Assembly: GCA_012295275.1 (NCBI GenBank)
Contig: CM022678.1
Span: forward strand, 7,626,001-7,690,000
Reading direction: 5' to 3'
Length of the DNA: 64,000 bases
Source: Chrysomallon squamiferum
Lineage: Eukaryota; Animalia; Mollusca
A model generated the notes under the pieces. The model ran no database searches and had not been told where the DNA came from. It saw nothing but the letters and a program-made list of their open reading frames with translations. The position numbers and the translations under genes are program-made. Below are positions 43,575-56,912 of this stretch, one piece after another (within the stretch, counting starts at the first letter, position 1; each line of letters starts with the position of its first letter).

Positions 43575-43910
43575 GATCATCACTAAAGATCAGCATGTTT
43601 CTGTGTTGAAAGAAAAGAGAAAGTGGCTGAAACTTGCTTCCAGAATGCAAGACAGAGAGTTCAGGTTTATGGAGGAGAATCAGAATCTTCACTCAAATGT
43701 TGATGATCATGTTTATGAGGAGATTTCTGATCTACATTTTCAGCGTCATGAGGAATTAGGTTATAACTTGCCAGAACATGTTTCACTGAAACACAAACAC
43801 AGCAGAACATGTTTCACTGAAACACAAACACAGCAGAACGTGTTTCACTGAAACACAAACACAGCAGAACAACGAACTTCAGATACCGCTATGAAGTGTC
43901 CGTTTTATTA
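43575..43910 (+). other. Coding-like segment with HVYEEI motif and a 31 bp x3 VNTR (43772-43871)
   Basis: KEKRKWLKLASRMQDREFRFMEENQNLHSNVDDHVYEEISDL...; repeat units start at 43772, 43803 and 43834. Confidence 0.4.
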
Positions 43911-45098
43911 AACGTAACGTTTTACTTTGCTAATTCTAAATCACATAATAGAAAGGTGTAATTTTACTGTACGCGGAACTTAAATATTATGTACACTACA
44001 GAAAATATTGATAACCACAGTTAATCTATTAGACATTACTGACAGTTATAAATGATAATTCTACATGGCGTTATGAAAATAAGCCGCTTAATTACGTATA
44101 AGAAGAAAAGGAAGAGAATTAATTATGATCAGTGATATTTACAGTTTGTAGGTTAATGTTTATCTCATATTTTATTAATATCGTATGTTTATATCAGGTT
44201 ATATTAAAAAATCTTAGAGTTAATTCTCTGGAATCACGATAGTGTGTACTGATTAGATGAGAGGAAAAGAGGTTAGCTGATATTTTATTATGCAAAATTT
44301 AATTTTTTCATTACATTCATTAAAAGGTGTACATCAGAGCAAGTTGTATAGTGTAATATTCTTTACATTTCTGATTAAACCTGAAGTTCTCTTATTACAT
44401 TATATATTAGTACAGCTTCACCAGTAATAATCTATATAACAATGAAGCAGACACCGTAGTCGTCAAAGTCATCCAGTTGTCAACAGCTATCAACTGGAAC
44501 AACACCCTAACATATTTATGTTTTTATTTTGTTTTTATTTTTTCTGAAAAAACGGAAGCTTCCTATATATGTTTGACGCTATTCTCTTAGTTTCTAGAGA
44601 AGTAATTAAACTGGGTGCTATTAAATACTAGCACTAGAATCATGTAATTTTTGATACTTTATTAGCTTCCTCTTTAATATATTATTAAAAGCTAGACGAT
44701 AAACACGATGTAGGACAAGAGACAGGGGATTTTTATAAATATGTCTTTCACAATCTACAAGACGTAGCGTGGGCTTGCAGTGCCGGAGTCAGTTTAAACT
44801 CTTACCCTCCTCCTAAACCATAAGTTTTATTAATTCTAGTTTCATTAGAACTGTTCTGAGTGTCTTCTATCATTCTAAGACTATTGTGAGAAGATAGCTA
44901 AAATGCGATTAAACTATATTTTTACAACAGAATAATATCATCTCACAACATTTATTGTTTCCAAAGATAAACACAGACAAATATATATATTATCTCTTCT
45001 GCTTCAGCTGTCATATTCACATCCCGCTCTGTCTCAATAAAAGTACAACAAGTAAATGGAAGGGGAGAAGTGATCACTAGATCAACATTCTCACTTAC

Positions 45099-45312
45099 AG
45101 TTCACAAAACTGGTTCTCATTATCGGGGAGATGTTTAGGAGGATTTAATGCTGTTTTACGGCTATGACAGTGTGGTTTACGTTCTGTGTCGTCTGGAAGA
45201 TCATGAAACTGGGTATCTGACAGTATCACAGTAGATGTTACATGTGGTAGCTCAGTAGTTACTATATCTTTTGTGGACATTTTTTGATAAGCAAATAGTC
45301 ACATCATCTGAC
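45099..45312 (-). other. Exon-like segment, unidentified
   Basis: Acceptor cag near 45313 and donor gtaagt at 45098; reads MSTKDIVTTELPHVTSTVILSDTQFHDLPDD... Confidence 0.3.
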
Positions 45313-45383
45313 TGAAACATTTAAACAGTATTAAAATAACAGTTTATATTACAGACACATTTCTTAATATGAGCGATAATATG

Positions 45384-46115
45384 CAGGGCTCGAAATGGCC
45401 AGTCGCCAGGTCACCAAATGCGACCAAAGTTTCGTTTAGGCGACTGGAATGTTAGAAATATTATGGTTAGTCGCCCCAAAAAATAGTATTTGGGTGACCT
45501 GTTTTTTTTCTATAAGTTATAACACAAGATAATACTTTTATAATAATTGTATCTCAGATATTTATTTCACATAAAACGATTGCCCATAGTTCCATAAGTT
45601 GGACGTATCGGCTTGTCTTATTTGCAAACATCTATTGATAAACACTACGTTAAAGAATTATCGGTTGGTTAACGGAACACATTGTCATAGCAGAACCCTG
45701 TAACTAATTGTTTGCTATTGTTTCTTCTTTTCAATTCCGCTTTTAATTGGCTAAAGTGAAGCCAACGAACAAATTTAGCGAACTTTTAGAGCGTTACGTA
45801 AAGAATTATCGGTTGGTTAACGGAACAAGTTATCATGGAAGATAACTCTATAACCTTGTATTTACAATTGTTTTTCGTTTTGAATTCCGGTAGGATTACT
45901 TACCCGGAATAAAAAAATAAATAAAAGCAAAAATAAAAAATAAAATAAAGAAAGAAATAAAGAACAAATACTAAAAAGAAACGTTGAGAGGAAAGTCATT
46001 GCTTTTGTTATTTTTGTCACACGTTAAACTTTACTGAGTATTACTCGCTATCATTTCACGTTGCTTTCCTTTAATTTTAATTTCTTTTAAAGAATAAAAG
46101 CCTATAATACTATAA

Positions 46116-46155
<40 letters not shown>

Positions 46156-46370
46156 CATTTTTGTCAAGGTTTGTTTGAAAATGTCTTACCAGCTGTTTTG
46201 TATTACTCGGACTAAACTTTTGTGGCTATTTTAATTAATAAAGAATTTTCGTATTTATTTTAGATGTTGACAAATTAAGGTACGCCGATACTTTCAGTTT
46301 ATCGAACTACGAACAAAACTTTTATGTTAAATAAATATTTGCTATAAAATTATTAACAGTGGCTCTTGTT
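45384..46370. mobile_element. CAGGG-ended (hAT-like) element with internal inverted arms and tandem subrepeats
   Basis: Terminus CAGGGCTCGAAATGGCCAGTCGCCA; 45520-45634 is inverted at 46261-46370; ~149 bp direct repeat at 45647/45796. Confidence 0.65.
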
Positions 46371-46516
46371 TTTTTTCATTAGTATTTTTCCTATTTAATC
46401 AGCAGTTAATTTGTAATTTCTCCTTCATTTTTATAGAGCACATTTGAATGTGAGTGTGTGTGGGTGTGTGTTGGGGGGTACTGGTGTCTGTTTATATCTT
46501 TTATTGCTTTTTTACA

Positions 46517-47067
46517 GCATTAGTCAGAACAAACTCACAGCACTGCAAACTGAATGGGGTAACTCTGAGAGAGAAAAGAAATCTGGCAGAAGAAAAGTAA
46601 TTCACATGCCTTACATGTGAAGACAGAGAAAGGATAGTTCAATTTCTGAAGCATTTTCCTCAAGATTATGACTAATTTTGCTTAGATGAGTCCCAGGATT
46701 CAAAGGGAGTGATTTGAAAATCTTTCTGCATGTGAGACTAAATCTTCACTTTGGAGGGAGAATCAACAGACTGCTATTGCACAGGGAAAGAATTCATTGA
46801 ATAATGTGTAATTTTTATATGTCAAGTGATATAATTTTAAGGATATTGTATTAATTCTTAGATTAATTTATTTTATATTGCAGTATGTTTTTGTTTTCAT
46901 TTTTTCTGTTTAGTGAAAAGCTAATTGTCTTCTTCAGTTTGACTTGTCAGTACAAAAAAGTTCACATTCCAAACAGCCCACTCCAGCCTGAACCAGTTTA
47001 CTTCCTTGTGTCAAGAAAATGTGGTATTTTAAAATATGTTCCTAAGTCCTTAGAAATCTATCAGCTG
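46517..47067 (+). mobile_element. Degenerate DDE transposase remnant, tentatively Sola-like
   Basis: Fragments HALTCEDRERIVQFLKHF, PGFKGSDLKI and YKKVHIPNSPLQPEPVYFLVSRKCGI resemble recalled motifs PGYKRSDLKLLP and YAQQVHYP..PLQPGPIYF..PRKCGIFG. Confidence 0.55.
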
Positions 47068-47219
47068 GTGAGTCAGTTAATCTCTTAATTAATTAATTTA
47101 TGTAATTATTTTGTGTTGATGTATTTGCTTTTTGTTTTGTTTGTTACTGTGTATGTTATTTTTTTTTTTAACCTGTGTCTGTGCTATTTTATGTTATGTT
47201 TTTGAATTTATTTAGTCAA

Positions 47220-49200
47220 ACATTTGTGTTTATTTATTTGTTTGAATTAAAGTTTGGCTTTTAAACTGTTGGTATCAAGATGTTTTTAAGTGTAAATTCA
47301 GTTTTTAATTCACTGAATGTGTCATGTAGCATTAGGTGGTCACTGGAAAAATGTGGACAGAGAAATAAGAAATGTTTCATGGTTTCAGAAATTCTATAGC
47401 TACAGTTTGGTTTTGTGTTTATTTTGTGTTTGAATTTGATTGTGTTTAGATTGGTGGAGTAGCTGATTCTGAGTTTGGTAATGTTGTTCTTATGTTGTTT
47501 GTTACTAAAATGATTTTGAGTTTTGATAATGAAAGGTGTAACTAATGTTTATTTTATTTCTTTACTATTTGCTGGTTGCAACATTCACCCACTCCAGTCT
47601 ACATTTCAATATGGCTGACTGTTGTTTAAAATCTAGATTGTAGGAAAGGTGAGTTTTAAAGGGCCTAGATCCTTCATGAGATGTTTATTAAAGAGAGTGG
47701 ATTTTAACACAGTATTTCAGTGTGTGTAGGGTTTTGTCTGTATTTTTAATAGTTGTATGTTTTATTCTAACACGAGACTGTCAGGCAGTGTGATGCTTGG
47801 TAAAAGTTTTTACAAGATGTGATTATCTTCTGTATGTGGCATCCAAAGTTGGCTGTCAGATGTGACTACTAAAAATTTGAATGATTTTCTTTGTTATTAA
47901 ATGGTTATCTATTTTTAGTGTTATTTTGCTGTTATCTTTCTTTCTTTTTTTCTTTTACTTTATTAAAGAGGAGACATGCTGTCTGAGTGAAATCTTTATC
48001 TCTCAGTTTAAAGTCAGTCATTCAAGTTATTCAGGTATGTTTGTATTTAGTTGTTTAGAGATCTGCATGCACACCAGAAATCTATGTAATTACTTTTTAT
48101 TTTATTTATTGAATGGAATTTAGTAAACTGTTGTAGTGTTTTGTTATTTACTTGTTAAATTTTTGTTGTTTAAGTGTTTGTTCAGGTGTGTGTTTTGCCA
48201 GTGTGTCAAGGGTTTTACATGTGTGATGTTAGTGTAACTGGTCTGTAGTTGATTGGTAGTGAATGGTATTTGTAAGATTTATGCAAGTTTCCAGTCTGTT
48301 GGTATCTTTCCTGTTTACCAAGTTACACTAAAAAGACCAAGTATTATTTCATTCAGCTTCACCAGTGTGTCCAGTTCACCACTGATTTAACACTAACAGC
48401 AAACACACTGCAGCACTGAGTCAATGGGAAGTTCTAAATGAGTTGAATAGAGATCACCACTCTATACTCACCAATTACAACAGCAAGAAAACCTTCTCCA
48501 ACAACTCAGTATTTACACCAAAATGAAATTTCACCAAAGCAGACTGTGAAAGATTCTAAAAAGCATGGAAAAATATTAAACTAAAAAACACAAACAAAAC
48601 TGACACACATTGCACTTCACTTACCAACATGATAGACTCAGCTGTCACTAAACACAAAGCTAAAACCAAAAACTGCACTGACAAAATATCCACTTAGTGG
48701 TGGACTGAGCTTATTGGAAATAAATAAATACAAAACAATCAAAAACATTAGAAACTAAATGTAACATCATTAAGACAAACAAGAATGGAAAGGCCTGTGT
48801 TAGGTGTGTATCAAGTGAAATATGTTTTCTGTTAATGGAGGTTGTTTTGTTGAAATTATTTATTTTTGTGGGGCTCTGTTTACAATTTTCTTCATGTAGT
48901 TGCTGAAAGTTTGCATGTTTTGCGAGGTATCAGGACTGGCTGGAGTTTCTATGGTGATGGACACTGCAGTAGCTGCATGCTAATGACTTGAGGTGTATCA
49001 CTGTGTACATTTGGTTGTGTGCCACCAGTTCTGTCAGAGGCCACACAAGTAAATGAAACCTCATTTCTGTCTGTTGGTAGTTGTAATTGTTGTCATGGCA
49101 GGTTTTCTGTTAAAGGTAAGTGTGGTCCAGTAGCTTGCTTTTCCCTCCATATACTGACATTAACTAGCTTGGCTTTGTTTGTGAATTAATCTAGTTGTAA
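47220..49200 (-). mobile_element. Degenerate LINE (RT on minus strand; endonuclease-end segment inverted)
   Basis: Minus strand 48190-48325: TGKIPTDWKLA...PINYRPVTLTS (RT entry motif). Plus strand 48420-48560: WEVLNELNRDHHSILT...NFTKADCERF (APE end/linker). Confidence 0.65.
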
Positions 49201-51169
49201 ACATTATTTTTAAATTTCTTATTTCTATCCAGGTAATATATTTTGTGATATATTTAAAAAGTGAGTTGGATGGGTTTTTTCTGTTGTTTGTTTTTTCACT
49301 GATTTTGGGTTGTTGTTGTTGATGTGCAGACTGTTTTACTGTTTGCTGAGTCAGAGTTTCAGGATTAGTGTAGGTAATTCCCAGTAAGAAAATGTTGAAC
49401 CCAGATGGTTACAGTGGAACCAAGTCTTTAAGAGTTTTATGTTGAACCCAAAATAAATTTTCCTTGGGTTGTTACTTTTTGTTATGATGTCTGATGTTTT
49501 GTTTATGCTTCTGTTTGGAGATTGTTGTTTTTTTCTGTATTTGTATGCTGTGGTATATATATATATATTTCTCTCATGTTAGGTTCACTCCGTTCATCCT
49601 CCGTTCAAGGATACCAAAATGTAAACATTTTCATTATTTTACTGATCAGGGTTTTGTCTGTGCGAGTGTTTGTTGGTCATTTATATAGGGTTTTTTGTTT
49701 ATCGCCTTTTGCTTCTGGTCAAGTTTTTTTCTTTTTTAAAAATCTAATTTTGCCTTTTTAATCTGCTGTCTTTTGGAAATCCTAATTTTCATTGCTGAAT
49801 AATCTGAATTAGTGATTTTTATCTTTTCCATGTTGTTGCATTTTTAGAGGTGGGTTTGTTATTTTTCCTGGTTCTGAAAGTCTAATGTGTGCAGTTGTGT
49901 GTATAACTGGATATTTATACTTCTAATATGTCTCCACTTACTTTAACACACACACATATATACACACACAAATACTGATATACATACACACATAAAACAT
50001 ACACACTAATGATAAAAAAGAATACAGGCATACATATGTAAATACAAACACCCCTCGCACACACACACACACCTTGCTTACATTCGGAGAAATGTGAAAA
50101 TTGTAAATAAACTGATATAATTTGAATGATTATCAACTGTATGAAGAGAAATAAGATATGTTTTCAGGATACAGTTTGATGCTTTTATTTATTTGTTTAG
50201 TTATTTAGTTATTCTACTTTGCTATCATGTAACTTGTTTGTTTGATATGCTAGTGAACTATCCATTTTGTTCTTCTTTTCAAGTTTAATAATGACAATAT
50301 TAACAGTGGTTATTATAAACTAATTAGACTTAAAGTGACATTTTTATATGTGTAAGCAGTTCTGTGAATATAATTGTATATCTAAATATATTCTGTGTTA
50401 TATATTAACATTTCAACAGATCAGCAGCAAAAACTTCCACAATAATACTGTTTTAAGAGTTATCATTAAAAAAAACTGAAAATAATTTAAATCATACACA
50501 GTCATGAATCATAGAGTTGTATTTGTTACCAAGTAATATCCAGACACATTCCACTTACTGTTCAGAAAGTTTAAACATTTCTTCAATTTATTTGTTCGAG
50601 TTAATACTAATTTAAAAATTAACAGTTATTAAAAACCAGTACAATTAAAGTAATAGATAACTTTATATTATATAAAAGGCCAATGTTAATTTTTTTTTTT
50701 TTGTCTTTTTCTTAACTACTGAAATATTAACAGATATAACAAGTTATAATGAGCTATTTCAAGTATGAGTAAAATTAACAGACGTAGGTAACATAATAAA
50801 AGTAACGTGTTAGATTGTAATCTGTATTGTCCTTTTCATGTATCTTGTTAAAACTGTTTTAAATTTTTGTTACTATTCTGTTGTTGTTTTCAAATTTTAT
50901 TATTCTTAAAAGACTGAACTAAAGTAATAATAAATAAAAAATAATTTTTTTTTTTGGTGAAGTTACTTTATGTCTGTCAGTTGATGAAAAACTGGTTTAT
51001 TTTTGTATTTTAGTGTTTTATATAAAATGTGGTTCTATTAAAGTAAAAGAAATAACATATCATTTAAAACTGTAATCCTACCTACATTTTTAAAAATTAT
51101 TTTTATTGGGTTTTTTTCTTTCCTTGATGAAATTTTATTTTATTTTATTATAATGCTAACCTTATTTAT

Positions 51170-51256
51170 GACAATGTTACTAACTATAAAGAAATGACAA
51201 TATTACTAACTATAAAGAAATGGCAATATTATTAACTATAAAGAAATGGCAATGTA
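51170..51256. repeat. 26 bp x3 tandem repeat
   Basis: caat.tta.taactataaagaaatg repeated. Confidence 0.85.
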
Positions 51257-51930
51257 GTAAAATGTATTTATGCAGTTGTTATCTTTATTTAGTCTTTTAC
51301 TCGTATATTTGTTCAAGACTGCATTTGTTTAAAATACTATACTATTAAAAACTGATCTAAAGTGAAAATATTAAAAAGAAACATGTGACAATGTGATTTT
51401 TGTTGTTTATATCAGGACATTCATGAAAACTTACATCATTTACCTGTATTACAATATTAATTCACAATGTTAACGTTAAAAACAGAACTAAAAGAACCTA
51501 AAATCTAAAACGTGATATTTTATATCAGAATAGTCATGAAAACTTATATTAAATACCTGTATTACAATATTAATTCAAAATGTTACTGGTAAAAACATAT
51601 TATTTAAGCTATATAACATGTGTAGCACTGAATAAAACATTATAAAATATTATTAAATGTATTATTGACTTTTACCTAGGTAACAAAATTTAAAAAAACA
51701 AATAATAAACAGATTCACAAAACACAGGCACACACTGACACATAGAAAGCACACACCCAAGGTAAAAGTGCTTTACCGTATCAGTTGTAAAAGTATAATT
51801 TCTTTTAAACACAGATAATAAATTTTCTCATTTTCCTTCTTTTTTCATTTATTAATTGTTGATTAATTTATTATTTATTTATATTTTGTTTTACTTTACT
51901 TATTTATAATGTTATTATGCTATTGTCATT

Positions 51931-51962
<32 letters not shown>

Positions 51963-51996
51963 TTTTAATCTTTAGTATTATTTTTCATTAATAATG

Positions 51997-52027
<31 letters not shown>

Positions 52028-52684
52028 TTTAAAATATTTTCCAGGCCAAATTAAAATCATCATTGGCATGGATATTGCAGAAAGCATATGGAGAAAATGT
52101 TCCAAATGAATTTAAAGAACCTTTTTTATGAAATTTCTTAGCTTTCAAGATACTTGTAGTAATTATTAAAGTTATTAACAGCTATGCTTTGTCACTTTTT
52201 AAATATCTCTTGATCCACACTTTATATAAACCTTATAATTATTTTATTAAAAAATAAAAAAATAAAAAAAACAGATGATCTGAAAATGATCTAAGAAGAG
52301 ATCTGTGTTTCCTTTCATGCACTTTTTTTCTACAGTACAGTTTAGTTATTAATGGAATAAAATTAAAAATATTTTATCATATGTCTCTTTAAAAACAAAC
52401 TTCCTCCATCTATCATAATACATTTTTAATGCAAAAGCAAAAAATAATACCATATATATGTTGTTAAATAAAACATAAATTCCTTCTTTTTCTTGTTGAC
52501 ATATTATAATTATTATAATCAATAATAGATGAAAATGTGTACTATTAAAAGTTGTTTGCTATTACTACTACTACATCATTATTGTTATTATTGTTGTTGT
52601 TAATTATTATTATTTGATTTAATATATTCATCATTATCATTATACACAGTAATTATACAGACAGACAGGTAGGTGTACAGACAG

Positions 52685-53300
52685 ACAGAAACAATATAAA
52701 ATAGTTTTAAAATTTAAAAGAAATAATGACAGAATTTTATTTTTAACATATAAATATTTCATTGCAATTTTGTTTGATTACATTGGTCTACATACAAGTA
52801 TATTTTAAATATCACAACATTCTTTGAAATAAACTACAAAATGACAGAATGGTTTAAAAGTGACCACGTGACTCAGCAAGACTGCGTGGACTACAGCAAG
52901 TCACGTGTTTGTTTATCAGTGATTTTCTTTCTAAACAAAAACATTTTACACATTTATTGTAAAAATCACTAACAACAATTTTACTTTTGTCTGCACCTGA
53001 CAGCAGAATGGAAACAGGACAAGAACAGTTTTATCTCGTTGTTATTGTAAGTGTGGTTTATGTAGCCCTGCAGACATTTGGTGCAGAACAAGTGTCCTCG
53101 ATACAGAACTCACAGCTTGTCGTAAATTTCCATACAAAGTCAGCACAAAAGAATATCATCGGAATCTGAAGCTGTTGCCATATCTGTTAATAATAAAAAT
53201 AAAAATAATAACAACAACAACAACAACAGCAGCAGTAGCAAGGACATGGAAGAATCAGAGAAGACAGAGAAAGGAAAATGTAAGAAAATTAAAAAAAAGA
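52685..53300 (-). pseudogene. Inverted TRIM-like paralog with stops and two large deletions
   Basis: ATG at 53181: MATASDSDDILLC*LCMEIYDKL*VLYRGHLFCTKCLQ..., fused to the NHL start (52860-53015, matching 34990-35150) and then the 3' flank (52685-52836, matching 36090-36230). Confidence 0.88.
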
Positions 53301-53897
53301 AATAATAATAATAATAATAATAAAAATAACAAGAAAACAAAAAGCACAAACAATGCCATCCTTAACAACAGTGACAACAAAGATATGAATAAATTCTTAA
53401 GAGCTTTCAATTCAGCAACAAATAATTTACCTTAATTTTTCTTATAATTTATCTGAATTAACATCCTTTGTCGTCGATGTATATCTGATTAGAGCTAATA
53501 AAAAAAATTAAGAAATGCAAGTAATGAGATAACAGTTAACATTAGCTTCTGACAAAAATATTACGTTCTGATTATTTTTTACACCCTTAATTTTTATACA
53601 AATATCATTATCATCTTTGTCAGTTTAAGAGGTGACACATGTGAATGGATAAGAAAAAACAGTGTAAATGTATCAAGTTCTGTTTGATCTTTTTTGTGTG
53701 ATTGTTTAATGTTTTCAACACAAGTAACCATTACTTCCATTGTACAACTGAGTCTCATCTCCTACAAAAACACACAATATATTTGTACTGACTTTTACTT
53801 GTAGGATTCTGTGGTTACTAATTATTACTGCTTTTATATATAAATAAATCTAAAAGTCAAATTATTTACTTATCTAAAGCTAAGAGATAACAAATGT

Positions 53898-54675
53898 GTC
53901 TAAAATAAAGATGAATTTGAATCAATGTAATTAAAGGTAAAGTAGAATTTTTCATTCAGAAACACCTTCAACAAAATTAATGTAGATATGTTTTTCTTTA
54001 TGAACTGATTTCACACATACCTCAACATCATTCCTTAAGACATGTAGTTCTTGGTCCATGTTCTTTTTAGTAATATCCCTTGACCTTTCTTGAATCTCAT
54101 TTCTCTGCTCTAGAGTTAATTTGTCCATCTTGAAGGCCAGAGATAGACTCAGGAATTTAGTCTGTTTAAAATACCAAAAATACACCATAATATATAAATA
54201 CAATCAAAAGCTAATGTAAAGACATTAAACTGACATTATATTGAAAATAATAATGTATGTTAATAAAATAATAATTTTATTAGTTTTGACATCATTTTGT
54301 AAACAGGAAACATAAAATTCCTGATAGACTGAGGATACGCCATAAGATATACATTTTGTGTTTGTGTGAAGATTGTCTAGTATAATAAGTTAAACATAAA
54401 TGTGAAAAAAAGAATTATAACTGACTTAATAAAAACTAAAAGCATACACTGTCTCCAAAACAAAGAAAAAACCATAACTGAATAAATAATATTTTTTTAC
54501 ATAAGTATTTTTTTCACACTGAAAGATCTCAAAGACTTATCAATTAATCTAAAATAGCAAATAAATTGCATCTTTAAGTAAAATTCTAAATAAATCGCAT
54601 CTTTAAGTAAAATTCTAAATAAATGAAGAACACAAATTTACTTACTTTGAATTCTTCATCTGAGAAGTTGGTGAA
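53898..54675 (-). pseudogene. IRAG/LRMP (MRVI1-domain) exons
   Basis: Mini-exon 54646-54675 (FTNFSDEEFK) plus exon 54021-54161 TKFLSLSLAFKMDKLTLEQRNEIQERSRDITKKNMDQELHVLRNDVE, resembling LRMP EFLRLSLGFKCDWFTLEKRVKLEERSRDLAEEN. The downstream intron matches 8058-8165. Confidence 0.82.
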
Positions 54676-55129
54676 CTGAAATTAAAAATATACATTTGAG
54701 ACAGCTGTGCTAATGGGGAAACAAATCTGGATATTGCTGATATTTTGCTAGTTAAGAAAATGATGGATGCAACATGAACTGCTGAACTCAAAAGGTCTTT
54801 CCTGAACTAATTTAACTAATCTCTGCAATAACTGAAATAAGGAAACCCCAGCATAATATAAAACATCAATATAAATAAAATGCACATATCTGTAAAAACT
54901 CTGCATGATTTAAATACACATAACTGAAAACTAGGACTGAAGATATCACGTCATGTTACATATAATTCAGTGGATTCAGTGTACACAGTGCAGATAAGAT
55001 TACACACAATCAGATGACTCTAACCAAAACAAAGCATTTAATACCACCTTGAAAAACACACACACACATACACACACACACAGAAACACACACAAAGACA
55101 CCATATGTAAGTAAATACAAACATACATA

Positions 55130-55424
55130 CAAGGCTCGAAACTCATCTGAAATAAATTGAGTGACCATAATTTGTTTTTGGTGGCCCAAACAAAAAATAT
55201 TCATGTTTCAGCTTTTGAGTGTAGGAAAACCTGTACTCACTTCATCATTAATTTTTGTAAGATAAAAAATATGCTTTGAAGAGTCACTTATGCAAATATA
55301 CCAACATATGTGATACTGAAATTCTTCTTTATCAAGAGAAAGAAAAATCATATCTTTTTTTTAACATCCCAGTCACCCAAACAGAAATTTGGTAGCATTT
55401 GGTGACTGGCCACTTCGAGCCCTG
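55130..55424. mobile_element. ~295 bp MITE, hAT-like (CAAGGCTCGAA...TTCGAGCCCTG)
   Basis: Imperfect TIRs; the right end is the reverse complement of 45384-45455. Flanking 8-mers catacata/cgtttata agree at 5 of 8 positions. Confidence 0.65.
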
Positions 55425-56263
55425 CGTTTATATGTACATAAGTATTTAAACACATTATTATTATTTATTATTGTAAAATATATCCAGACCATTTACTTCA
55501 GAAAATGTTTCTGTTTTATGAATTCCTCTGTCTGACTACTCTCATATCAGATGAATTTGTCATCTTCAGATTTTTCTCTCCAAATTAGAAAGATATTTAT
55601 TTTCAGCTTGCACAATTAACTTTGCAAATCAAGATTATTTATTCAGCAATTTTGGAAGTAAAGCTGGATTAGCCACAATTAACTAACTCAAAATGGTTTC
55701 CAGCTTTCAGTTTGTTCTCTCTGTATTCACTGAGTATATTTCTCTCTTTTATTTCCTCTTTCATCTTGAACTTCTACAATGATCTAGCAGAATTTTTGGC
55801 AGGCATCCCGGCTACTAATAATTATTTATGATGAGCATAAAACAGTGACAGGAATATATCTCATAAAATAAAAACAAATTCATCAATAAAAATCAAAGAA
55901 AATATATTTCAGGTTAGCTACATATATAGATCATAGTTAAGTTTTGCTATGTTTGTGTAATTCCCAACTTTACTTAAAAACTGTTAAGGTTTATTATAAA
56001 AAAATAAAAATTATTTATAAAAAAAATATATATTTCCTTAATTATTAGGATCAACATTGAGTGTCAAAAACAAAAACATGATATAAAAATACATTTTTGC
56101 CTTAACACAAAAATTAAAGTTAATAATATTTATTATTATTATTGTTGTTATTATTATTATATTAACATTAGCATAATCACCAGCATTATTATCATAATCA
56201 TTTCTGTTACTATGTTTTCTTAGATACAGATTACTAAGAACTTTAAAATTTAAAGATTGTTCA

Positions 56264-56912
56264 CCTTCTGTTTATCTCGACATCTCCAGAGCTTTTCCAA
56301 ATGGAGCAGTTGTTTCATAACCCTTTGGGAAAGAAAGAAAATAAAACAAAACACTTTCAGTTGATAATTAAATACAAATTCAAATACAAGCGTCATCGTT
56401 TTAGTTCCAGCAGCTGCACACCACCATGATAAACGTAACAAACGAGCTGCGATGAAATGTTCCGGCTAGAAATGTCAACATCAATCCGTCTGTAACTCTC
56501 TCGTTTCATCTTCAGTATCTTATTTAATGTTATTGCCTTTCATTATTTTGTACAGCTCTTCGTTTCTCACCTGAGATCTAGTGGGTGCGGTCTTTCTTTT
56601 CCAGGAATGTCATTTTCAATTCCACTGACACTTGGCACTGTTAGTTTCCACTACACTTTCAGTAGTTTTGTTGTTTTTTTGTACACAAATACTAGGTATG
56701 TGTATTACTGCCGGAACTGCGTCTGCCATTTTCTGCTGTATCCGTGTGACCTGGATCTCCCCGATGGCGAGTGGTGTCTCTGCATAAATCACTTCTCGTT
56801 GGTTAACTGGTTCGTTTCGGAGGAGAGTTCGAAATTTTTTCTCATATTTCTTTTTTTACATCCACAATATCAGGTATATTTACTCCTGCCATGTCGAGCA
56901 AATTTGTCATAA
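56264..56912 (-). pseudogene. CpG-rich first-exon-like coding remnant plus a small second exon, unidentified
   Basis: MTNLLDMAGVNIPDIVDVK(fs)KYEKKFRTLLRNEPVNQREVIYAETPLAIGEIQVTRIQQKMADAVP...; exon-like 56264-56322. Confidence 0.4.

Noticed and set aside
45384-55424. Single 10 kb hAT element
   Set aside because: Flanks ataatatg and cgtttata are not a TSD, and the right end has its own partner terminus at 55130.
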